From Euglena gracilis (taxonomy: Eukaryota): DNA of 64,000 nucleotides. Positions 11,015 through 24,264 of the stretch are shown piece after piece. The position numbers and the translations under genes were made by a program. Below the pieces are notes generated by a model, which was not told the DNA's origin, made no database searches, and was given only the letters and a program-made list of their open reading frames with translations. Where the stretch lies: positions 31,086,012 to 31,150,011 of the forward strand of contig CP154954.1 in NCBI GenBank assembly GCA_039621445.1, written 5' to 3'. Position 1 is the first letter of the stretch; the number at the start of each line of letters is the position of its first letter.

Positions 11015-11760
11015 CTAGTAGGGCCATCTGGCTACAAATTGGGCATTTTTGTTTGACGTCTGGGGAGGAAAAAAAATCTGTTACTAAGTTTATCAAATCT
11101 TTGAACTGCCGCCTTAGCCATTGAAAGAGCGGGGGGGTCCGGTGAGTCTGACTCCCACCTGCTTATGGGGTCTGCTAAGCATTCCTGCGAACGAACCCAT
11201 ATCACTTGTAGATTCATTTTTTTTCACGCACCAATTGAAAAATGGTCTCAGAATGCGTGGTTCCCCCCCCTTTTTCAGGTAATAAAAAATTGCACACGAT
11301 TGTCCACTGAAAGGGACACTATTTTCCCTGGCATGCTTAGACCTTTCACTGTGCTGATGGCTACACGTAATTCTTTTACATTCATATGTAAAATGTAATT
11401 TTCTCTCCAAAACTCTGGAAAATTTCTCCAGTTTTTGTGGCGGGGAAAATTCTGTTTTTTTTGTTGTTTTTTTCTGCAACGGGTCCTTGTCCTTTTTTTT
11501 TGAAGATCAGTGGTTCAAGCCTGACCCCCCCACCAAGCCATAATATCGGGCACCTTGGGGGACTCTGAAAAATCAGGTCTACGTGGAAAAGCCCCACCCC
11601 TTTCCTCCGACAAGCTAGTGGAACGGGTCTTTGGACACAAAATCTCAAAACGATTCCAAACAAAACCATCACTGGGCACTCTACCACGAAGGCCTAAGTC
11701 CCACGCTACCCCCTCAAAAAATGTCCTTTCTTTTTTCTTTTTGGCAGCTTTCATTCTGTG
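11015..11760 (-). mobile_element. DIRS-like relic (RT, RNase H and start of MT), interrupted by the Gypsy LTR
   Basis: NLQVIWVRSQECLADPISRW...PPALSMAKAAVQR and LRPFFNWC are homologous to 17810-18060. Confidence 0.8.
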
Positions 11761-11949
11761 AGAATTCCTTCGACACTGCCTCAGAAAACGAATCGTGTGC
11801 GCAAAAATATAAACATAAAACTAGGCATTCCTTTCCAATCTGGGACAGAAAAGGTGAAACGGTGAAAAGGTAATGGGTAAAAATAGGCAAACGGTGCCAA
11901 GATAAGACGGTTATATGGGGGAATAGTGCACAATGGGTGTTCAGCTTGG

Positions 11950-14900
11950 TGTGCGTGTGCAGTTGTGTGTTTTGTGTGTATGCACGCTCACTTCCTTGTC
12001 ATGCATTCCAACCAAAAATGACTGGGTCAACTCTTTTTGAACGCAAAGATAGAAGGGCTTCGCATTGGCCTTCAGCAACTTTATCACAAGGCTTTGGTCG
12101 CCCACGTGGCTTTTTTATTATTATTGGACCACACCAGGGCCTTTGGACGGGGGGGGGTCATCTCCATTCCAGGCCCCCCACCCGAGTTTGAATGTCTCCA
12201 AGCTGTGTTCCATGAAATAATGCCTTTTGACGCACAGCCATAATCCAAATAAAGCAAACTGAGTTCTGAACTCCCAACTCGTTTTTCATCCTCCAAAAAA
12301 ATCGTCAAAATCCCAGGTTTTTCCAACTCCTTGAATAAAAATCCTCCAGCAACAAAAAACCTGAAAAATTCAAAATTTGTGTGCAACCCACAAGTCCAGG
12401 GCCTACAAAAGCCCTCAACAAAATCCAATCGAGAATTCCAACCTGCCACATGAAATAAACAAAGTCCAACCAAGAGCAACAAACCAAACAGAAGCAACAT
12501 CCAGCAGCATACCGTTGCATAGGGGCCAGGCCAATCCAGCCCAACCGGGCGCCAAACCAAACATTGAAGTCATAAAATCCAACCAAACCGGCCTGCCAAT
12601 TAAAATTAACTGCCTCCCCCCAGTCACATTGCCAATTCAACGTTCAATTCGAAAATTCGGCAAAAGATGCATTCGAAAAGATGGACTGCCAATCGGATGT
12701 TTCTTTGCAAGGTTTGTCGTTTGAGATGAAAGACTTCAATTTTCTATTGGATTACCCATCGAGCGATTTTGCCGAGGTTTGGGAAAATTGGAACCATGGA
12801 AAGCTCAAGTCATCGACGATTGTTTGTGGTTCAAGGGCAAAGACAAACTTTTTTGTGAGCGAAAGTTGGCCATCCCCAAGGAAAGTCTTCCTCAAGTCTC
12901 ATTGTGGTTACACCGAGCTTATGGGCATCCCGGTCCCGAACGTACGATTTGGTCATTTCTCCAAAATTTCCATTCATCCATCTCAAGAAAGGATTTGTTT
13001 TTTTTATTTCGGAATGTTTTGGGTTCATGTCAAACGCGTGTCATGTCAAAGCCAAGTTCACAAGCCGATCGGGGACTTTTGGGTTGTTTGCCTATTCATC
13101 CCCTTTGCAACGATATCATTTTTGTCGATTTTTCCACCCTTGATGAATTCAATTCTTTTGATTATGCTTTGGGTATTGTGGATTGTTTGAGTCGGTTTTG
13201 TTTGTACCTCCCATGCCACAAAGAGGTGACGGGTGAAAAAGAATTGAAGATGATTTTGAAAGGATGGGTGAAAAAATGTGGTCGCCCCAACGAAGTTTTG
13301 AGTAACAATGACATTCGCTTCAAGTCAAGTTTCGGTTTTTAACAAGAGGCCATGAAATCACTCGGAATCAAGGTTTCGTTTTCTATTCCGTGGCTTTCTC
13401 ATCAAATGGTTTGATGGAAAGAGAAAATCGTTCGTTTGTGCAAACATTGAGATATCTTGTGCACGAAACGGGTACAAAAGATTGGCCAAAGTTGCTTCCG
13501 TACCTCAATATTGTGATGAACAGCCAGATTTCAAGTTCGACGGGAATGTCTCCATCGGAACTTTTCCTCAGTCGATCTCCTTGGAACTTCGAAAGTGTTG
13601 GAGAACCGTGTGAAAGTCCATCTGTCGAAAATTGGATTTTGGAACAGGTTTTTCTTCAAGAAAAGGCAGCTTTGGGGCTGAAACATCTCAGATCTTTGGC
13701 GATGGAACGGAAAAACAAGGTTCGGAAACCTGCAGTTTATGAAATTGGTCAATTTGTCCTCGTCCACAAATCTCGATGGCCCCAGAGAAAAGTCGAAAAG
13801 GTCGCCAGTCCATGGTTTGGACCCTACAAAGTTGTTCAAGTGCACCACAACTCTTTGCAAATTTTGGCATCTCCATCATTGGGAGGTTTGGTGAAAGTTT
13901 TGTTATCCCAAGTGAAACACTGGAGTTCTGTCCACGACCCACACAAGGACACTTCTTCTTTTTGTCAGAAGAGTGTGACGAATTTGATGGTGCACAACCC
14001 CCTGCTTCATTCACAGGTCACACAGACGACCGAGGAACAGGCGGCGAACGGCGAGGCGCAAGCGACGCACACAGAGGCACACGCGACGAACGCAGGACAA
14101 AACCAGAACACGACAGAACAAGGCCAGAGCAGGAAACGTGAGGCGAAAGGCCCAGAACAGCCGAACGAGCGCGCGACGCACGGCCGAGCGCACGCGACGA
14201 ACCACCAGAAAGACCAGAAGGACCCAACACCCAGAAAGACCAGTTTTCTTCTACTTTTTCTTCACAGATGGTTACCAGAAGCAAGGCCCGAGGGCCAGAA
14301 ACAAGTTTCAATTAAAAGAAATCAATTTTTGAATTTGGTCGACATGGAGGTGAGTCAAAGAGAATTTGGAAGAAAAAGGCGGAGTGGGAGAAAGAGAACT
14401 TGGAGGAGGGTGGACCTGAGGATCCTTTGCAGCAGGCTGCTGCAGCTGGTTGGACTTGCTGTTGATGTTCAAATGTTGATTTTCAAAATGTTGATGTTGA
14501 TCTTGCTGTTGTTGTTCCACAAGCTGAACTTCAACATGCTGATGTGTCTGGGCCTGTGGGCTCAGTGTTGCAGCCCTGTGCTGCAGACTTGTCTGCAGAT
14601 TTGGTTTTCCCAGTTTCACAGCCAGAACCAGAAAAAGTCAGCAATTTTGCTTCAGAATGTGTTTCAGATTTGCCCAAAACAGCCAGACAGTTTTCAGAAA
14701 TGGAGGCTGCAAAAATGGGTTTTTACAATGTTGAAGCCATTTTGGATCACAAGTTCAGAAAAGGTTGGAGGTTTCTGACAAAGTGGGAGAGTTACCCAGT
14801 GCATTCATCAACATGGGAACCAGTCAGAAGTATCATATTGCCAGGTGGAATAATGAACACAGTTTTTCAGAATTACATTCAGGACAATGGTTTGCAAGAG

Positions 14901-14972
14901 GGTTTGAAGAAAGTGCAGAAGAATGCGAATACCCAACCCAGTCCAGTTTTCACAGTCAAACTGTTTCCATGA
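11950..14972 (+). mobile_element. Second Gypsy/chromovirus fragment: decayed RNase H region, integrase and chromodomain
   Basis: HRAYGHPG, IFVDF, IVDCLSRF, SNGLMERENR, TGMSPSELF, WFGPYKV (12779-13930); chromodomain YNVEAILDHKFRKGWRFLTKWESYPVHSSTWEP (about 14720-14825). The left boundary is approximate. Confidence 0.88.
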
Positions 14973-15462
14973 AATTTGGTGCCTTGGGCATCAGAAACTG
15001 ACCCCAGCATCCACAACCAGCCAAGAAAGCAGAAATAACCCCTCACTTTTCTAAGTGCCAGCCCAGCTTCTGAGGAGTAGAATGTCTGGGTGCAGAAGCC
15101 ACAGGGCCAAGAGGCACTTAGGTCTTGCACCAAAGAGTGGAATCAGCCTGAATTCGAATGCCATTTTGGCCAGGCCATGATTCTACCACCAGGTTCGCCG
15201 CAGCACCAGACCACCAACCACAACAAGTCAGCTGATCTACTTCAACATCATGAACTTCTTCATCATGTTCAATTTCAAGGAGTTTTCATGTTCAGCACTT
15301 TGATGAAGATAGGGCTGTCGTTCACCAATTTCGTGTTCGTTGACTTTGATGTTCTTTGATTTGTTGTTCTTTTATGGACTTAAAGTTCATGTCTGTTGGA
15401 TTTCAGATGATGTTTAATTTTTGATTATGGCTTTTCCAGTTTTTGTGAGAGAGAAAAAGGCC

Positions 15463-15487
15463 AGAGAGAGAGAGAGAGAGAGAGAGC
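15463..15487. repeat. (AG)n microsatellite
   Basis: Direct reading. Confidence 0.9.
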
Positions 15488-16699
15488 AAACGGGAAAGAG
15501 AAAGAAAACCCCCCAGCAGCCAAACACACGACACAGACAGGCTGGCTGGTGTAAAACGTTTTTCTTTTCTCTTCCACTGCCCCCTGACCAAAAAAAAAGT
15601 GAACAATTGATGCCGAGATTTTTACGGCCCACGTTCACGAGTCCAAAAAAAAAAGACGTTAACCTGAGAACTCAGCCAAGTCTTTTGAGCCCCCTTTGTG
15701 TGTGCTTGGTGGGGCTTTGCTCCACAAAGGGGGGGGGATTGAAAAGGTGGCTTTGGCTACCTTCCCCCCCTGACCTCCCTGGGCAGTGGATGAAAGAGAC
15801 CCCCTTTGCTCATTGAAGAAAGGTGCACGACCCTTCACTCACTACTGGCCCATGTGTGCTTTATGGGGGGGCCTTCCACAAAGGAGTCTTTCCCAACGCC
15901 CCCCCCCACCAACCGCCCAACCACACCTACCCATTCCTACTATGACGTAGCGGAATTTTTGTGCACATATGTTACCTTTGTGCACCGGCTGGCCTTGGTG
16001 CTTTGTCATACAATGTGTTTTATGCTTGCTGAAGTGTTTTGGTGAAAGCGACCGAAGGGGGACTTGGAAAAAGGTCGAGAGAGAGGAGAGTTCAAAAAAG
16101 AAGGAGCCTACGCAAGCTGAGTCAAAGAAGAAGGACTAAAAGCTTTACAATCTTCAGGACCAAGATGGCCAGACCTCACAGGGCCATGCGTGACAAAGGG
16201 CTGGTCCAGAAATGGCCCCCCAGACGCTAAAGCCAACCTTATATTATAACAATCCATTCCAGCAGCCCCAGGATGAATGTCCCACAGAGGGCAAAAGAGG
16301 ACAAAGGGGATCAACCCAAACCCTGGGGTTTTTGATCCTTTCCAGAATGTAATTGCTGGGGGTGGTGTATGCACTCACCCTCTCTCTCGTCCCCCATCTT
16401 GTCATTGGGTTTGTCTGCTGGCAAACCATAGAGGGGCCTTTCAGTGTACCCCCCTTGATTTCCCTTTCCATGAATCCGTCTAGAAATGAGGGTTGTGAAA
16501 TGTCCCACAACCCCAAGGCATAGCAGTCAAAATGATTTTGATGAGGGATATAAATTCCATGCAGGAAAAGTGGGGGCACTCCCCCTTGCACCAGAGACTG
16601 CGAAAAAGTCCTGAAATGGTGGCTGAAAACTGCCCCCGCAAACAACCCCCAACTCATAAAAGATGGCTTTCACCAGTTTTGGGCCAAACCCCAAAAATT

Positions 16700-19300
16700 A
16701 TCCACACATCCGAAAACCAAAGCTAACCTTGACCTGAACCTGGCAGAAAAATCCTAGTGGATTTCGAAACGAAATGGGTCCATAAAGAGAGTTCAGCATT
16801 ATGGAACCGAAAATCTAATTCCCTGGTTCCTGAAATCAAGCAGGGAATTAACCCAAACATTTTCCCGTGAAAGATTTCTCGTCGAAATAAGATCACATTC
16901 AAACAATTTTCCCCGTTTTGGAGAAAGGCCAATTGGCGATAAAATCGACTTAAAAAACGCATATTTTCACATTACAGTTAACCCAGCCCTAAAACCCTTT
17001 CTAAGGCATTACGTAGGCGCGCAAACCTGGGAATTCAAGGCAAGCGGCTTTGGCCTAACTGTGATGCCCAAAATTTTTATGTCAGTAACGAAGACATTCG
17101 AAAAGCGTTGGAGGAAAAAGGGAATCCCGGTTTGCATTTACCTGGACGACTTTTTTACTGGTAGCCTCCACCAAATATGCATTGCAAAAACACTTGAACA
17201 GGGTTGTCAGAAACTTAATCGATTCGGGGTTCAAAACGTCAGCCCTAGATCCCACACAAGTTGTAAACCATTTGAAGTTCAGGTTATATTTCCAGGAGGG
17301 AAAACTGCAAATTCCTCCCAAAGGTGAAAAAAGTAAAAGAGAAGCTTGGAAAAATTAGTGAAAAAAGATTTCATGTTGAAGAGGAAGTTTACCACCATTT
17401 TGGTCCGAAACAGAAGCAACCTCATGCCCCTGCCCATTCCCAAATTCCCTAACAATATATTTGGGCAAAAAGTCTGCAGCACCATGGGACTCAAAGCGTT
17501 CCATTTCACAGGACATAAAAGCCCAATTGAGAGAAAGCAGAATAAATCTGCTGGACACCTGGGGGAGGAGACCTTTCAGCCAAAGTGCAACAAGGGTGGG
17601 GGGCTGGACATTCACCCTGGAGAAAATGTCCAGGAGTTTTTGAAAGAAAGCTCCATTTTACACATTAATGTAAAAGAATTACGTGCAGCCATCAGCACAG
17701 TGAAAAGTGTAAGCATGCCAGGGAAAACGGTTTCCCTTTCAGTGGACAATCACGTGTAATATATTATTTCTGGCATAAGGAGGGGGAAGGCAGAAAAAGC
17801 CCTGTCAACAGCCTTCTGAGACCATTTTTCAATTGGTGCATGGAAAAAAAACTTGAATCTACAAGTGAAATGGGTTCCTTCAAAGGAATGCTTAGCAGAC
17901 CCCATAAGCAGGTGGGCGGCAGACAGGGGGTATTACTCACCGGACCCCCCAGCTCTTTCAATGGCTAAGGCGGCAGTTCAAAGACTGCATAAATTTGGAA
18001 CCAGATTTATTTGCCTCCCCAGGCAACAGAACACTGCCCAATTTTGTGGCCAGATGGACCCGTTAGGAGGCCACAGCAGTGGATGCCCTGCAACACTGGA
18101 CAACTTGTCGGGTCTTTATGCCAACCACCCACCTGGCCAGTAATTCAAAATTTTCTCCCACGATTGAATATGTTTTCCCTGACCAAAGTTTTGATGGTCA
18201 CCCCCTTTTGGAACTCAGCCGCGTGGTGGCCTCAATTAGTAAATATGAGGCTGCCAGGGACTCGCTGCCTGAAAATAACCCCCTACAAGATCATGTTTAC
18301 CAATTGCAGGGGGGAACCAATGACACCCCCCAGGGGGCCCCTCCTTTGCATGATTTGCTCAGGAAAATATTCGAGGGTAAACAAATACAAAATAAAACCA
18401 TTGACTATTTCCTGGGGAGAAATTCCAGCTTGAGACGTTGTCAAAGCGCCTTTGCGTTTCTTTGGATTATTTTGAAGAGATGGGGTTGCCTTTCCCCCGC
18501 CTGAAGCCACCACACACCAAGTGGCTGAGGCCTTAATACAATTATTTCAGTTTTCAAAAGCCCAGGCCCGTAATGCATACAGTGCTATACTTTTGATCCT
18601 GGGTTTGGTGGACTGAGATTACAAACCATGTTAGCACCTTACAAAAGGCTTTGGAACCAAAACTTGGAGAACTACGGTGCATTTTGGGACCCCCTTCAAA
18701 TCGTCCCGTGGCCCGCCCAAGCCCCTTTCCCCAATGATATTTGTACACTGCGGACACAGCTGTCTTTTGGATCGTCAATTCTCTGTTTATATTGATCTTC
18801 TGATCTGAAAAGAATCATGCGTACAACCAGTGTCTTGCGAAAGGCGCCCTACATCAAAATTTGGCGTAAAAGCCAAAACTCCACAAGTGGGAGAGAGTTT
18901 TTGGCTATTCCCCAATGTCCACAAATCAGCCCGTTTCATTTGGTGATGTCCTCTGTGGCTTTTACACGTTCATTCGTCAGACCTGGGGGTCCCTCCTCAT
19001 TTCACTTTCGCCTGCCGTATATACCCATAAGTGCTGACACAATTGCTTCAATAACGAAAAAAAAAATGCAAGGATGGGGTACCCCCCAGGTGCGGGGGTC
19101 CAGCTCAACCAGAGGGGCGGGAGTTGGCTTACTCAAATAAATGGGCCTTTCTGCCCGAGAAGTTTGTGAAATTGGCCGGTGGAGGGGGTGGAGGCTTTAC
19201 AGCCCACATCAACGACTTAGTGCCAAAAGAGTTTTTTTAGTTTTGAGAAATGCCCTGGATTCCCCTAATTTTAGTGCAAAATAAGGCCTCACAAGGGCGA
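16700..19300 (+). mobile_element. DIRS-like tyrosine-recombinase retrotransposon (RT, RNase H, MT, YR), pseudogenised
   Basis: RT: DLKNAYFH, FGLTVMPKIF, IYLDD (16945-17155). RNase H: HINVKELRA, VDN, LADPISR. MT: DLFASP, frameshifted YAN..PP/WPVI, MVTPFW...WWPQL (18000-18260). YR: ISADTIA, SSTRGAG, EIGRW (18400-19220). Confidence 0.88.
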
Positions 19301-20166
19301 AGTGCGGAGCCCGAGTTGACTCGTACTCCCTCAAAAAAGAACGACACCGGAGGACGGCCGAGGGCGAAGCACAAAGACTCTGTGATCCCGACACCCCACC
19401 CATAGAAGAAAATTTGTCTTCGGCAGCCCTCGGGATGCGGTGCCTGGAGGGCGAGAGGAGGGGGACCCACCCCAGGGGCAAGCAGCCACGTCGCCGCGTC
19501 GGAGCAGCATCGTCAGCCAACTCCGGCGAGGCGGCAGTGTTGTGTGATTGTTCGTTGCGCTGCCAAAACCTTCCGCGGCACACGAGGTCACAAAATTTCC
19601 GCTGCCGCGGCGCACCGATTGAACGTGTGGTGTTTAGACCTTTCGTCCAACATCATTCAGCAACTATCCAGCCCAGCGTTCAAAGTTTGTTGGAAAAGGT
19701 GGAAGAATTTGCCGCCAAAAATGCAACAACAGTTTCTTGAAGAAAAAAAAGGCTACAATCCTTTTCTGAAGTCTATTGGCACAAAAGCCTTTCTTAAACA
19801 CCTAAATCCGCAAATAAAACCCGAAAGTATTGGCCCACAAACAAAAGAATACCGCTTTTTTAATGCACGTCGAAAAAAAAACCAATTTTTGCTCAACTCA
19901 GCCACTTCCGCACAAAAATTGTTCATTTAACTGGGTGTAGGTGCCTCTCAAGGCTGTCACGCAAATCACACAACGATTCAAAGATCGCAATAATGACCTG
20001 TGCCGCAGAAAGCAACTTGGCGTTTAGTTTGTTTTTTTTTCCCTTTTGTGACAGCCATAAGGACAGGGAAGGTAAGAAAGTGGAAATTGTTGGCAGCACT
20101 CAATGACACAATGGGCGATTATCCAAGCCGACCAGCAAGGCAGAAATGCGGCTGGTTGGGCAGCTC

Positions 20167-21671
20167 TTGGTCATTTCTCCAAAATTTCCATTCATCCCTC
20201 TCAAGAAAGGATTTGTTTTTTTTATTTCGGAATGTTTTTGGTTCATGTCAAACGCGTGTCATGTCAAAGCCAAGTTCACAAGCCGATCGTGGACTTTTGG
20301 GTTGTTTGCCAATTCATCCCCTTTCCAACGATATCACTTTTCTTGATTTTTCCACCCTTGATGAATTCAATTCTTTTGATTATGCTTTGGGTATTGTGGA
20401 TGGTTTGAGTCGGTTTTGTTTGTACCTCCCATGCCACAAAGAAGTGACGGGTGAAAAAGACTTGAAGATGATTTTGAAAGGATGGGTGAAAAAATGTGGT
20501 CGCCCCAACGAAGTTTTGAGTAACAATGACATTCGCTTCAAGTCAAGTTCCGGTTTTTAACAAGAGGCCATGAAATCGCTCGGAATCAAGGTTTCGTTTT
20601 CTCTTCCGTGGCATTCTTCATCAAATGGTTTGATGGAAAGAGAAAATCGTTCGTTTGTGCAAACATTGAGATATCTTGTGCACGAAACGGGTACAAAAGA
20701 TTGGCCAAAGTTGCTTCCGTACCTCAATATTGTGATGAACAGCCAGATTTCAAGTTCGACGGGAATGTCTCCATCGGAACTTTTCCTCAGTCGCTCTCCT
20801 TGGAACTTCAAAAGTGTTGGAGAACCGTGTGAAAGTCCATCTGTCGAAAATTTGATTTTGGGACAGCTTTTTCTTCAAGAAAAGGCAAGTTTGGGGCTGA
20901 AACATCTCAGATCTTTGGCGATTGAACGGAAAAACAAGGTTCGGAAACCTGCCGTTTATGAAATTGGTCAATTTGTCCTCGTCCACAAATCTCGATGGCC
21001 CCAGAGAAAAGTCGAAAAGGTCGCCAGTCCATGGTTTGGACCCTACAAAGTTGTTCAAGTGCACCACAACTCTTTGCAAATTTTGGCATCTCCATCATTG
21101 GGAGGTTTGGTGAAAGTTTTGTTATCCCAAGTGAAACACTGGAGTTCTGTCCACGACCCACACAACGACACTTCTTCTTTTTGTCAGAAGAGTGTGACGA
21201 ATTTGATGGTGCACAACCCCCTGCTTCATTCACAGGTCACACAGACGACCGAGGAACAGGCGGCGAACGGCGAGGCGCAAGCGACGCACACAGAGGCACA
21301 CGCGACGAACGCAGGACAAAACCAGAACACGACAGAAAAAGGCTAGAGCAGGAAACGTGAGGCGAAACGCCCAGAACAGCCGAACGAGCGCGCGACGCAC
21401 GGCCGAGCGCACGCGACGAACCACCAGAAAGACCAGAAGGACCCAACACCAAGAAAGACCAGTTTTCTTCTACTTTTTCTTCACAGATGGTTACCAGAAG
21501 CAAGGCCCGAGGGCCAGAATCAAGTTTCAATTAAAACAAATCAATTTTTGAATTTGGTCGACATGGAGGTGAGTCAAAGAGAATTTGGAAGAAAAAGTCG
21601 GAGTGGAGAAAGACAACTTGGAGGAGGGTGGACCTGAGGGTCCTTTGCAGCAGGCTGCTGCAGCTGGTTGG
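20167..21671 (+). repeat. Duplicate of 12949-14453 (Gypsy integrase segment)
   Basis: Near-identical sequence and translations, including the same in-frame stop (GF*QEA). Confidence 0.95.
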
Positions 21672-22200
21672 TTTACCACCATTTTGGTCCGAATCAGAAG
21701 CAACCTCATGCCCCTGCCCATACCCTAAGGGCTTTCACAAATTCCCTAACAATATATTTGGGCAAAAAGTCTGCAGCACCATGGGACTCAAAGCGTTCCA
21801 TTTCACAGGACATAAAAGCCCAATTGAGAGAAAGCAGAATAAATCTGCTGGACACCTGGGGGAGGAGACCTTTCAGCCAAAGTGCAACAAGGGTGGGGGG
21901 CTGGACATTCACCCTGGAGAAAATGTCCAGGAGTTTTTGAAAGAAAGCTCCATTTTACACATTAATGTAAAAGAATTACGTGCGGCCATCAGCACAGTGA
22001 AAAGTGTAAGCATGCCAGGGAAAACGGTTTCCCTTTCAGTGGACAATCACGTGTAATATATTATTTCTGGCCTAAGGAGGGGGAAGGCAGAAAAAGCCCT
22101 GTCAACAGCCTTCTGAGACCATTTTTCAATTGGTGCATGGAAAAAAAACTTGAATCTACAAGTGAAATGGGTTCCTTCAAAGGAATGCTTAGCAGACCCC
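21671..22200 (+). repeat. Duplicate of 17387-17903 (DIRS RNase H segment)
   Basis: Near-identical, with an extra short segment near 21721. Confidence 0.95.
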
Positions 22201-22644
22201 CGTATGTGAGAACCCAACTTTCATCCTGGAAGAAAAATCCAAAGTGCAAAGATGTTTCTCCCCTATCCTTCCAGGTCACAGGCCAGTTTAACCAACCACA
22301 GGGTCACACACTGGCTCGCACAACCTTGCAAACAAACGGTCATTCACCTTTCGGGAGGCGCAGGGGCTATGTGCGGTCATAGCGACTCCTCGCACACACT
22401 CCCCCCCCTTTTTAGCGCTCAGACAGACATTGAATCCCCCCCCCGTGGGGATGCCCAGAGGCACATTTCTTCCGCCTCGGCAGGAGGCACCCAAGGACCT
22501 GCCCCCCCCCAAACCTCAGGAGGGGCGGGACAATTTCTCCTCACTCTTCACATTGTTCGCGGGATGAGCGGAATCACCACGGGAAGCCTCACCCCCCCCT
22601 TCAGCGGAGTGGGTGTTCTGCCGGCAGGTTTCCCGGACCCCCCA
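22200..22644 (-). repeat. Inverted duplicate of about 30338-30790
   Basis: Reverse-complement identity (shared ORF MFLPY.SRSQASLTNHRV). Confidence 0.93.
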
Positions 22645-22647
22645 ACA

Positions 22648-24264
22648 GCTGACGATGCCGCTCCGACGCGGCGACGTGGCTGCTTGCCCCTGGGGTGGGT
22701 CCCCCTCCTCTCGCCCTCCAGGCACCGCATCCCGAGGGCTGCCGAAGACAAATTTTCTTCTATGGGTGGGGTGTCGGGATCACAGAGTCTTTGTGCTTCG
22801 CCCTCGGCCGTCCTCCGGTGTCGTTTTTTTTGAGGGAGTACGAGTCAACTCGGGCTCCGCACTTCGACCTTGTGAGGCCTTATTCTGCACTAAAATTAGG
22901 GGAATCCGGGGCATTTCTCAAAACTAAAAAAACTCTTTTGGCACCAAGTCGTTGATGTGGGCTGTAAAGCCTCCACCCCCTCCACCGGCCAATTTCACAA
23001 ACTTCTCGGGCAGAAAGGCCCAATTTTTTGAGTAAGCCAACTCCCGCCCCTCTGGTTGAGCTGGACCCCCGCACCTGGGGGGTACCCCATCCTTGCATAT
23101 TTTGTTTTGGTTATTGAAGCAATTGTGTCAGCACTTATGGGTATATACGGCAGGCGAAAGTGAAATGAGGAGGGACCCCAGGTCTGACGAATGAATGTGT
23201 GAAAGCCACAGAGGACATCACCAAATGAAACGGGCTGATTTGTGGACATTGGGGAATAGCCAAAAACTCTCTCCCACTTGTGGAGTTTTGGCTTTTACGC
23301 CAAATTTTGATGTAGGGCGCCTTTCGCAAGACACTGGTTGTACGCATGATTCTTTTCAGATCAGAAGATCAATATAAACAGAGAATTGACGATCCAAAAG
23401 ACAGCTGTGTCCGCAGTGTACAAATATCATTGGGGAAAGGGGCTTGGGCGGGCCACGGGACGATTTGAAGGGGGTCCCAAAATGCACCGTAGTTCTCCAA
23501 GTTTTGGTTCCAAAGCCTTTTGTAAGGTGCTAACATGGTTTGTAATCTCAGTCCACCAAACCCAGGATCAAAAGTATAGCACTGTATGCATTACGGGCCT
23601 GGGCTTTTGAAAACTGAAATAATTGTATCAAGGCCTCAGCCACTTGGTGTGTGGTGGCTTCAGGCGGGGGAAAGGCAACTCCATGTCTTCAAAATAATCC
23701 AAAGAAACGCAAAGGCGCTTTGACAACGTCTCAAGCTGGAATTTCTCCCCAGGAAATAGTCAATGGTTTTATTTTGTATTTGTTTACCCTCGAATATTTT
23801 CCTGAGCAAATCATGCAAAGGAGGGGCCCCCTGGGGGGTGTCATTGGTTCCCCCCTTCAATTGGTAAACATGACCTTGTAGGGGGTTATTTTCAGGCAGC
23901 GAGTCCCTGGCAGCCTCATATTTACTAATTGAGGCCACCACGCGGCTGAGTTCCAAAAGGGGGTGACCATCAAAACTTTGGTCAGGGAAAACATATTCAA
24001 TCGTGGGAGAAAATTTTGAATTACTGGCCAGGTGGGTGGTTGGCATAAAGACCCGACAAGTTGTCCAGTGTTGCAGGGCATCCACTGCTGTGGCCTCCTA
24101 ACGGGTCCATCTGGCCACAAAATTGGGCAGTGTTCTGTTGCCTGGGGAGGCAAATAAATCTGGTTCCAAATTTATGCAGTCTTTGAACTGCCGCCTTAGC
24201 CATTGAAAGAGCTGGGGGGTCCGGTGAGTAATACCCCCTGTCTGCCGCCCACCTGCTTATGGGG
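22648..24264 (-). repeat. Inverted duplicate of 17900-19517 (DIRS MT and YR)
   Basis: Mirror ORFs, e.g. 23660-24085 vs 18079-18504 and 23386-23610 vs 18554-18778. Confidence 0.95.
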
